Below are positions 49,326 to 56,911 of a DNA stretch of 64,000 nucleotides, piece by piece. Source of the stretch: an uncultured Flavobacteriales bacterium. Its GTDB lineage: Bacteria; Bacteroidota; Bacteroidia; Flavobacteriales_D; Crocinitomicaceae. Under the pieces are notes generated by a model, which saw only the letters and a list, made by a program, of their open reading frames with translations, searched no databases and was not told the DNA's origin. The stretch covers positions 12,215 to 76,214 of the forward strand of contig CAIZQH010000017.1 in NCBI GenBank assembly GCA_903935095.1, in the 5' to 3' direction. The position numbers and the translations under genes were made by a program. The first letter of the stretch is position 1. Each line of letters starts with the position of its first letter.

Positions 49326-50614
49326 CCATCTACGTAGATCACATATCGACGCGTCTATTATACACCTTGAACTTTGTATTGGATCAAAGAGGGGTTACCT
49401 ATCATTTGTGTAATGACTTTATGCAATTTGGACGTACCGAAGGAGTCAAATTAAATTATTCGGAGCGTTTCTTTGAAAACACACCACAAATTGTCCCTAG
49501 TTCGTTACTCTTTGAAGAAAGCATTGAAGCATATGAAGTAAGCAAAAATCAATTCCACAAGGAAGAGTGCTTTTGTTTTAACGGCACAACCGATCCATTA
49601 GCAAGTATCTTTTTCACCCTAACACGAATGGAGGAATACTTGACTTCTGAAAAGGATAGTTTGGGACGATTTCCTGGTAAAAACAGTTTGTTGTTTCACT
49701 TCAATTGGCATGAAAAAGCAATGTGCGATCGGTGGAGCATCGATTTCTTGTCGTTTCTCAAAGAAAATTGTGGATTAACATGGCATCCAAAATTAGAACT
49801 AATCGAATCCATTGCCACCTTTGATATCGACAATGCGTTTGCCTATTTGCATAAAAATACGCTTCGAACGCAGCTCGCCATAGCAAAGGATTATCTATAC
49901 AATCGAAAAAAGCGATTGGAAGATCGAAAAAAAGTACTCGCGGGTGAATTAAAGGATCCGTATGACACTTTTGATTTTATTCAAACCTTAGCGATGTCTG
50001 GTGCAAATGTCCTCGTTTTTTGGCTCCTTGGAGATTATGGAACGTATGACAAGAATATTTCCCACTTACAACCTGATCAACGTGAATTGATCCGTAAAAT
50101 GTCCGAAACCATAGAAATTGGCATTCATGGTAGTTACGGATCGAATGACGCGGAATATCAATTAGGAACAGAAATGGGACGATTGGCAGATATCACCGGG
50201 AAAGAAGTTGCCAAAAATAGACAGCACTATTTAATGATTAATCTACCGTTCACCTATCAAGCCTTGCTTCGACAGCATATCACGGACGATTACACGATGG
50301 GTTATGCAGATATTGCAGGATTCAGAGCTGGAACTGCACGTGTATTCAATTGGTTTGATTTACATAAAAACGAGTCGACCGCTTTGCGCATTCATCCATT
50401 TACCTATATGGATGGAACCTTGCACGAATACTTGAAGTTAAGTCCAGTAGAGGCAAAAAATAAAATCTCCTCCCTTTACGAAGAGATTTGTCGTTACGGT
50501 GGACAATTCTCATACATCTGGCACAATGAAACCATAGGAGATTATTCCCATTGGCAAGGATGGAAAGACGTCTTTTCCCATACAATCAATTTAAATCAAA
50601 CTGATTTTATTTAA
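49319..50614 (+). CDS. conserved hypothetical protein, possibly polysaccharide-deacetylase-like
   Basis: 431 aa. It overlaps the wecB stop by 7 nt. It shows weak CE4-like motifs (ATFDIDNAF, IGIHGSYGS, RQHYL). This is recall only and low certainty. Confidence 0.35.
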   Translation: MLTIYVDHISTRLLYTLNFVLDQRGVTYHLCNDFMQFGRTEGVKLNYSERFFENTPQIVPSSLLFEESIEAYEVSKNQFHKEECFCFNGTTDPLASIFFTLTRMEEYLTSEKDSLGRFPGKNSLLFHFNWHEKAMCDRWSIDFLSFLKENCGLTWHPKLELIESIATFDIDNAFAYLHKNTLRTQLAIAKDYLYNRKKRLEDRKKVLAGELKDPYDTFDFIQTLAMSGANVLVFWLLGDYGTYDKNISHLQPDQRELIRKMSETIEIGIHGSYGSNDAEYQLGTEMGRLADITGKEVAKNRQHYLMINLPFTYQALLRQHITDDYTMGYADIAGFRAGTARVFNWFDLHKNESTALRIHPFTYMDGTLHEYLKLSPVEAKNKISSLYEEICRYGGQFSYIWHNETIGDYSHWQGWKDVFSHTINLNQTDFI

Positions 50615-50623
50615 ACATAAGAG

Positions 50624-50869
50624 ATGAAACGATTTTTAATCATCGGTATTTTATTGATCACCTTCACTTCATGTAAACGTGAATGTGTGAAAAATCAAGA
50701 AGCTGCTTGTTTGGAACAGGCCCCCGATGGAACAACGTGTCAAGCATACTGGGAAAGTTGGGTATACAATCCAGAAACAGATAATTGCGAGTACAAAGGC
50801 TACAGTGGATGTAGTCCGATTGGGTTTCAATCCGAAGCTGAATGTGAAAGCTGTGAATGCCACAAGTAA
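50624..50869 (+). CDS. small lipoprotein with BPTI/Kunitz-like cysteine framework
   Basis: 81 aa with lipobox ITFTSC. Mature region: CLEQAPDGTTCQAYWESWVYNPETDNCEYKGYSGCSPIGFQSEAECESCEC. Compare BPTI: [51 protein letters not shown]. Confidence 0.5.
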   Translation: MKRFLIIGILLITFTSCKRECVKNQEAACLEQAPDGTTCQAYWESWVYNPETDNCEYKGYSGCSPIGFQSEAECESCECHK

Positions 50870-50880
50870 TGTGATAAGTT

Positions 50881-51225
50881 ATGAAAAAGCTATTATTCTA
50901 CCCACTCTTTTCACTCTATCTTTTAAGTGCCTGCGATAAGCCAGATTTGGCTGTAGCCGTTCCAGATTGCATAGAAAACAAAATTCAGGACATTCAAAAT
51001 CAACCCGTTGATAATCCACCTAAAGAAGTTTGGCTTTGGGAATACAACGGAGTAAGTTACTATTACTTTACAGCTGTGTGTTGTGATCAATTTAGTGAAC
51101 TATACGATGCTGACTGTAACTTAGTCTGCGCACCAGATGGAGGTTTCTCTGGTATGGGTGATGGGAATTGTGTTCCAGGAATTTTGAATGCAACGAAAAC
51201 CTTGATCTGGAAAGATCCTCGTTAA
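50881..51225 (+). CDS. small Cys-rich lipoprotein, uncharacterised
   Basis: 114 aa with lipobox LLSAC. It has six further Cys, including a CC pair (FTAVCCDQFSELYDADCNLVCAPDGGFSGMGDGNC). It starts 11 nt after the Kunitz-like gene. Confidence 0.55.
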   Translation: MKKLLFYPLFSLYLLSACDKPDLAVAVPDCIENKIQDIQNQPVDNPPKEVWLWEYNGVSYYYFTAVCCDQFSELYDADCNLVCAPDGGFSGMGDGNCVPGILNATKTLIWKDPR

Positions 51226-52047
51226 TTAGTAAAAACAGATTTTTTCTCTACCTAGTCGAAGGGCAATGGTCATTCCAGAATAAACGTACCAATCTTTTGT
51301 CGTCGGATTACCACGTATACCGTATTTCGAACCATCCAAACTACGGTTTGATAAATCTGCTGCCATTTGTGATACTTCTTTGTCAATCACTTTTGAATTC
51401 GCATACGTTGCCGAACCAACATCATCCAAATAATCCGTGAATGTTTTTCGAATTGCCAAATCAAAATTAACGGTTAGTTTATTTCCAATGGCGAATTTCA
51501 CGCCCATTCCAAGTGGAACACACAATTGATAACGGCTGTAGGTTTTGCTCGTAGCGATAGATGTTCCTTGTCCTTCGGTTGATAAGGATGATAACTCGAC
51601 CAACGAACCGTTGTATATCGCTTTAGGATTCATATAAAATCCACCAAGTTGTGCGAGTAAATAAACGGTTCCGGCATTTTTATTTCCTTTGCCAAAGGTA
51701 AAGGGAACATAATGAAACTCTAATCCTGCAGCGACTTCATGAATCACCGAGCGGAATTCTAGGTTTCTATTGACAAACAGAGGATTGGAACTTTCTTTAT
51801 CGTACGCTTCCACCTTTCCATAGAGGTAGTTAAAACGCAGCGTGATTCTTGGTTGCAAATTGTAGCGGTACATGAGTCCGCCAGACCAATTGCTTTGATA
51901 AAATGGTTTAAATTGATTAAGGTCACCGATATAATACATCTGTCCCACATTCAAACCAAATTCTGATTTAGAAAAAAAAGTCTTGCGCTGTGCTGTAACG
52001 CATCCAACGCAAGACAATATAAGGGACATAACAATCAGTTTTCGCAT
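51226..52047 (-). CDS. outer-membrane beta-barrel protein (OmpA-like barrel / DUF6089-like)
   Basis: 273 aa with a signal peptide. SEFGLNVGQMYYIGDLN and an alternating strand pattern are present. Its stop abuts the stop of the convergent 50881-51225 gene with no spacer. Confidence 0.5.
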   Translation of the reverse strand: MRKLIVMSLILSCVGCVTAQRKTFFSKSEFGLNVGQMYYIGDLNQFKPFYQSNWSGGLMYRYNLQPRITLRFNYLYGKVEAYDKESSNPLFVNRNLEFRSVIHEVAAGLEFHYVPFTFGKGNKNAGTVYLLAQLGGFYMNPKAIYNGSLVELSSLSTEGQGTSIATSKTYSRYQLCVPLGMGVKFAIGNKLTVNFDLAIRKTFTDYLDDVGSATYANSKVIDKEVSQMAADLSNRSLDGSKYGIRGNPTTKDWYVYSGMTIALRLGREKICFY

Positions 52048-52078
52048 CGTAGTTGATAACGTATAAACTTACGATTTA

Positions 52079-53878
52079 TTACGCTTTTCCGTTACGTTTT
52101 CGATCACCTTCCTTTAAAAAGATTTTACGGATACGTAAGCTCTTCGGTGTAACCTCTACATATTCATCTGATTGAATGTATTCTAAACACTCTTCCAAAC
52201 TAAATACTTTTGGTGGAGCCAAACGAACTTTGTCATCTGATCCTGATGCACGCATGTTTGTGAGTTTCTTTGTTTTCGTAACATTCACACACAAGTCACC
52301 TGCACGAGAATTCTCTCCGATTACTTGTCCTTCGTAAATATTTTCATTTGGAGCGATAAAGAATTTTCCGCGTTCCTGAAGGTTATTTAAAGAGAATGGA
52401 ATGGATGTACCTTGTTCCAAAGAAATCAATGAACCATTTTGACGACCTGGAATCTCACCTTTGTACGGTTGGTATTCCAAGAAGCGGTGATTCATGATTG
52501 CTTCACCAGCCGTTTGCGTCAACAAATAGTTTCTTAAACCGATGATTCCACGAGAAGGGATTTCAAAGGTAACCGTCATACGTTCACCTTTCGGAACCAT
52601 ATTTTTCATTTCACCTTTTCGACGTGTCACTGCTTCAACGGCTGTTCCACTGTGTATTTCAGGTAAATCGATGGTTAATTCTTCAATTGGCTCACATTTT
52701 ACGCCATCAATTTCTTTGATGATTACTTGTGGTTGTCCAACTTGTAATTCATAACCTTCACGACGCATTGTTTCAATCAAAACAGACAAGTGCAATACTC
52801 CACGTCCGAATACCATGAATTTATCTGCTTTGTCCGTATCATGAACACGCATCGCTAAATTTTTCTCCAATTCCTTTTGCAAACGGTCAGAAATGTGACG
52901 AGATGTCACAAACTTACCTTCTTTACCGAAGAATGGTGAATCGTTAATCGAAAACAACATACTCATCGTAGGCTCATCCATTTTAATCGTCGGCAACGGT
53001 TCTGGATCTTCAGCATCACAAATGGAATCTCCAATTTCGAATCCTTCAATACCTGTGACAGCACAAAGGTCTCCTGCTTGAACTTCCGTCACTTTCATGC
53101 GTTCAATTCCTTCAAAAACAAACGCTTCTTTGATTCTGTGTTTTTCCAAACGTCCGTCTGATTTCGCCAAGATGATTGGTTGATTTTCTTTCAAAACACC
53201 TCTAGACAAACGTCCAATCGCAATACGACCAACATAAGATGAGAAGTCTAAAGAAGTCACCAACATTTGTGTATTTCCTTCCTCGATAGGACGCGGTGGA
53301 AAATACGATAAAATGCAATCAAGTAAAGGAGTAATGCTTGTGGTTGGACTTTTCCAATCTTCGGACATCCAACCATTTTTCGCTGAACCATAAATGGTAG
53401 GGAAATCTAATTGTTCCTCGCTTGCATCCAATTCGAACATTAAGTCGAATACTTTTTCATGAACTTCTTCTGGTGTACAATTTTCTTTGTCCACTTTATT
53501 GATTACTAACAATGGTTTTAATCCCAATGAAAGTGCTTTTTGCAAAACGAAACGTGTTTGTGGCATCGGTCCTTCAAAGGCATCTACCAAAATACACACA
53601 CCATCTGCCATGTTCAATACGCGTTCCACTTCTCCTCCAAAGTCGGCGTGACCTGGGGTATCAATGATGTTGATTTTTGTCCCTTTGTAAGTGACAGAAA
53701 CGTTTTTAGAGACGATGGTGATTCCACGTTCGCGCTCTAAGTCATTGTTATCCATGATCAAGTCTCCTGTTGGACGATCACGTTCATTGATCATTGTACC
53801 TGCTTCAATGATTTTATCCACCAATGTCGTTTTACCGTGGTCAACGTGAGCAATGATGGCGATATTTCTAATTTCCAT
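52079..53878 (-). CDS. typA: translational GTPase TypA/BipA
   Basis: 599 aa. [40 protein letters not shown]. Confidence 0.97.
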   Translation of the reverse strand: MEIRNIAIIAHVDHGKTTLVDKIIEAGTMINERDRPTGDLIMDNNDLERERGITIVSKNVSVTYKGTKINIIDTPGHADFGGEVERVLNMADGVCILVDAFEGPMPQTRFVLQKALSLGLKPLLVINKVDKENCTPEEVHEKVFDLMFELDASEEQLDFPTIYGSAKNGWMSEDWKSPTTSITPLLDCILSYFPPRPIEEGNTQMLVTSLDFSSYVGRIAIGRLSRGVLKENQPIILAKSDGRLEKHRIKEAFVFEGIERMKVTEVQAGDLCAVTGIEGFEIGDSICDAEDPEPLPTIKMDEPTMSMLFSINDSPFFGKEGKFVTSRHISDRLQKELEKNLAMRVHDTDKADKFMVFGRGVLHLSVLIETMRREGYELQVGQPQVIIKEIDGVKCEPIEELTIDLPEIHSGTAVEAVTRRKGEMKNMVPKGERMTVTFEIPSRGIIGLRNYLLTQTAGEAIMNHRFLEYQPYKGEIPGRQNGSLISLEQGTSIPFSLNNLQERGKFFIAPNENIYEGQVIGENSRAGDLCVNVTKTKKLTNMRASGSDDKVRLAPPKVFSLEECLEYIQSDEYVEVTPKSLRIRKIFLKEGDRKRNGKA

Positions 53879-53920
53879 AATACTATTATGCTATTTTTAG
53901 CTACTTAAATGAGATCTATT

Positions 53921-55930
53921 TTATGATCGTTTACGGTCTCCACCGAACGGTTTTCTTTCACCACGAGGACGATCTCCGCCTTCGCTTTTCGCACCGAATC
54001 CACCACTGCGGTTAGATCCACCTGTGCTTCCGCCTTCAGAACGACCGGCGTAACCGCCGCCACCTGATCCACCAGAACGACCAGCGTAACCGCCACCGCC
54101 TGATCCACCAGAACGACCAGCATATCCGCCACCGCCTGATCCACCAGAACGACCAGCGTAACCGCCACCACCTGATCCACCAGAACGACCAGCATATCCG
54201 CCACCGCCTGATCCTCCAGAACGACCGGAGAATCCGCCGCCACCTGAGCGTGAATCACCGCCAAAACGTCCGCGTCCACGACCGCCTTCACTGCGATCTG
54301 AACCACCTTCTTTTTGAGCAGTTACTTCTACGTTTACTTGGTGTCCTTCGAAATCGGTACCATTTACATTTTTCAAGATTTTCTCTGTGTGTTCTTGGTC
54401 CGCTTCGAAGAATGAGTATGAAGTCAATAAGTCAATGCGTCCAACAGCCTGAGAATTCAAACCAGTAGCATCACAAACAACTCTCAGAAGTGCACCTGGA
54501 TTCAATCCATCGCGTTTTCCTAGGTTGACAAAGAAACGTGTTTTTCCTTCGTCACGAGATCGGTCAGATTTCCCTCCTTTATTGCGTTCACCACTTCGGT
54601 CATCTCTTGCAGCAGCATTTAAATCTCCTGCACGATCGTAATAATTGATGAAGCGATTAAATTCTGTAGAAACAAAGCGTTTGATGATGTCCTCTTTCGA
54701 TAAACTATCAAATGCCTCTAAAATCTGTGGCATAAACTTCGCGATGTCATCTTCTTTTACTTCTGTTGCAATGGTTTTATTGATCAATTTCATCAACTGA
54801 ATTTCACAAATCTCCTCTGCGTTAGGAATTTCACCAACAGTAAACGTGGTGCGCATTTGACGTTCAATGGCTTTAATTTTTCCAATTTCACGTCCATTAA
54901 TCAATACCAACGACTCCCCTTTTTTACCAGCACGAGCCGTACGTCCACTTCGGTGGGTATAATTCTCAATATCATCCGGTAAATTATAATTGATGACGTG
55001 TGTAATATTGTCAATATCCAATCCACGTGCAGCAACATCAGTCGCTACAAGGATTTGTAATTCTTTCGAACGAAAGCGATCCATCACACGGTCACGCATT
55101 GCTTGCGTCAAATCACCATGTAAAGGCTCAGCGTTGTATCCTTCGCGACCTAATTTCTCCGCAACGGTTGCTGTTTCATTTTTGGTGCGACAAAAGATCA
55201 ATCCGTAAATACTTGGATTAAAATCGATTAAACGTTTTATAGCTTCATAACGATCGCGTTCCTTCACCATGTAATAGATGTGGTCGATGTTTTCGTTACT
55301 CTGATTTTTGTGTCCGATAGAAACTTCCAATGGATCATGCATGTATGTTTTCGCAATGCGCGCAACTTCGTTGGGCATTGTTGCGGAAAACAACCAAACA
55401 TTTTTATCGACTGGTGTTGTTTCCAAAACCGCATCAATGTCCTCTTTGAATCCCATGTTCAGCATTTCATCTGCCTCATCTAGTACGACATAACGCACTT
55501 GAGATAGTTGAATGACTTTACGATTCATTAAATCAACGAGACGTCCAGGAGTCGCCACAATAATGGAGGTTCCTTTCTTAATGTCCGTGATTTGTTTTCT
55601 AATATCTGTACCTCCGTATACCGCTGTAATGCTAATGTCAAGGTATTTAGAATAAACATTTAAGTCCTTTGTGATTTGCAAACAGAGTTCGCGCGTTGGA
55701 CAAATGATTAAACCTTGTGGGAGTCTGGCTTTTGTATCGATGTTATTAATTAACGGCAAACCAAACGCCGCTGTCTTTCCTGTTCCTGTCTGCGCTAGGC
55801 CGACAAAGTCGCAATCTTCCTGCATCAGGTAGGGAATTGCTTTTTCTTGGATGGGGGTCGGTGCTTCAAAACCCAATTCTGTTAACGACTTCAGCACCTC
55901 ACTCCTCAATCCGAGCTCTTCAAATGTCAT
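53921..55930 (-). CDS. deaD: DEAD-box RNA helicase with DbpA-type RNA-binding domain and Gly/Arg/Tyr-rich repeat tail
   Basis: 669 aa. AQTGTGKT, PTRELC, VLDEADEM, SAT and HRSGRTARAG motifs. DbpA-like RFFVNLGKRDGLNPGALLRVV domain. The tail has five perfect copies of GGYAGRSGGSGG within six 36-nt units. Confidence 0.93.
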   Translation of the reverse strand: MTFEELGLRSEVLKSLTELGFEAPTPIQEKAIPYLMQEDCDFVGLAQTGTGKTAAFGLPLINNIDTKARLPQGLIICPTRELCLQITKDLNVYSKYLDISITAVYGGTDIRKQITDIKKGTSIIVATPGRLVDLMNRKVIQLSQVRYVVLDEADEMLNMGFKEDIDAVLETTPVDKNVWLFSATMPNEVARIAKTYMHDPLEVSIGHKNQSNENIDHIYYMVKERDRYEAIKRLIDFNPSIYGLIFCRTKNETATVAEKLGREGYNAEPLHGDLTQAMRDRVMDRFRSKELQILVATDVAARGLDIDNITHVINYNLPDDIENYTHRSGRTARAGKKGESLVLINGREIGKIKAIERQMRTTFTVGEIPNAEEICEIQLMKLINKTIATEVKEDDIAKFMPQILEAFDSLSKEDIIKRFVSTEFNRFINYYDRAGDLNAAARDDRSGERNKGGKSDRSRDEGKTRFFVNLGKRDGLNPGALLRVVCDATGLNSQAVGRIDLLTSYSFFEADQEHTEKILKNVNGTDFEGHQVNVEVTAQKEGGSDRSEGGRGRGRFGGDSRSGGGGFSGRSGGSGGGGYAGRSGGSGGGGYAGRSGGSGGGGYAGRSGGSGGGGYAGRSGGSGGGGYAGRSEGGSTGGSNRSGGFGAKSEGGDRPRGERKPFGGDRKRS
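54036..54251 (-). repeat. in-frame 36-nt tandem repeat (6 units) encoding the GYAGRSGGSGGG tail of the helicase
   Basis: Units start at 54036, 54072, 54108, 54144, 54180 and 54216 (AGAACGACC[A/G]GC[G/A]TA[A/T]CCGCC[A/G]CC[G/A]CCTGATCCACC). Differences between units are mostly synonymous. Confidence 0.9.
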
Positions 55931-55952
55931 CTTGTTATTTTAAATTTGGGTG

Positions 55953-55960
55953 CAAAGATA
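55953..55960 (-). promoter_or_regulatory. -7 box TATCTTTG (minus strand) upstream of the helicase gene
   Basis: The plus strand reads CAAAGATA, 22 nt from the ATG at 55930. Confidence 0.3.
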
Positions 55961-56268
55961 CGCATAATAAAAGGATAAGTTGTTAATAAGTTGATTCTTA
56001 ATGTTAAAAAACTATTAAACCTCCTAAAATATAGCATTTTAGACTCGTCGAAAATGGATGTTCCCTAGGCAATTGGATTCATCAATTTGTAAAGTAGAGG
56101 GATTTACTTTGCACAAATCCATTTTCCACTTGACGCTAAAATGAGGAGTAGAAAAAATCGCATGTAAAAAGGTAATCAGACATTGAAAAATTGAACGGAA
56201 TATCAACTTATTTCATCCTTATACACAACATGAAATAAAAAAGCAACGTTTACAATGACTAAATTCCC

Positions 56269-56276
56269 TATTTTTG
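56269..56276 (+). promoter_or_regulatory. -7 box TATTTTTG upstream of 56297 CDS
   Basis: TAnnTTTG match 20 nt before the ATG. Confidence 0.35.
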
Positions 56277-56296
56277 ACCCAAATTAAAACAAACGC

Positions 56297-56839
56297 ATGA
56301 ATCTGACAGGTATCATTTCCATCTCTGGTAGACCAGGACTATTTAAAGTAATCGCACAAGGTAAAAATAGCGTGATTGTTGAATCAATGATTGACAAAAA
56401 ACGTTTTCCAGCCTATGCTACAGAGAGAATTTCAACCTTAGAGGACATCAGTATTTTCACGTATGATGAAGATGTAAAATTGACGGATGTGCTTTCGAAA
56501 ATGAATGAAACATTCACGGATGATTGTCCATCGAACAAAGAGGATATGAAAGTCTTGGGAAAATCTCTAGAGACGTTCTTGCCTAATTGGGACAAAGAAA
56601 GAGTTTATCCATCTGACGTGCGAAAGATCTTTCAGTGGTATCATTTGATCAAGCAAGCAGGATTGTTTGATGCAGCATCAGAAGAAGCTACCGCAGAAGC
56701 TCCTGCAAAGGAAGTAAAAGCGAAGGCTGAACCAGCAAAGAAGAAAGCCGTAACTACTGCAGGTCCAGCAAAATCAGCGAAGCCAGCTAACTTGAAGAAA
56801 GCCGCGCCAGTAAAAACTGGAAGTTCTCGAGGAAAATAA
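56297..56839 (+). CDS. conserved Bacteroidota hypothetical protein (DUF5606-like) with Lys/Ala-rich C-terminal tail
   Basis: 180 aa. The N-terminus is MNLTGIISISGRPGLFKVIAQGKNSVIVESMIDKKRFPAY, and the family name is from recall only. The tail is EEATAEAPAKEVKAKAEPAKKKAVTTAGPAKSAKPANLKKAAPVKTGSSRGK. Confidence 0.55.
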   Translation: MNLTGIISISGRPGLFKVIAQGKNSVIVESMIDKKRFPAYATERISTLEDISIFTYDEDVKLTDVLSKMNETFTDDCPSNKEDMKVLGKSLETFLPNWDKERVYPSDVRKIFQWYHLIKQAGLFDAASEEATAEAPAKEVKAKAEPAKKKAVTTAGPAKSAKPANLKKAAPVKTGSSRGK

Positions 56840-56856
56840 CATCATAAACAATTTTT

Positions 56857-56893
56857 AAAATTCACCTGTCTAATCGTCAGGTGAATTTTTTTG
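56857..56893 (+). terminator. rho-independent terminator
   Basis: AATTCACCTG-(9 nt)-CAGGTGAATT followed by T7. Confidence 0.8.
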
Positions 56894-56911
56894 TCCAAAA
56901 ATGCCATCACT

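Noticed and set aside
54036-54251. Possible CRISPR array, considered because of regularly spaced direct repeats here and at 58717-58820.
   Set aside because: The units are contiguous, with no unique spacers. The first block is an in-frame coding repeat and the second is only two tRNA-derived copies. There are no cas genes in the window.
53905-54306. 133-aa ORF (VLVDQAVADMLVV.. repeats) on the minus strand.
   Set aside because: It is a shadow reading frame of the 36-nt tandem repeat inside the helicase gene. Its periodic low-complexity sequence is generated by the repeat itself, and the helicase frame is continuous with strong DEAD-box homology.
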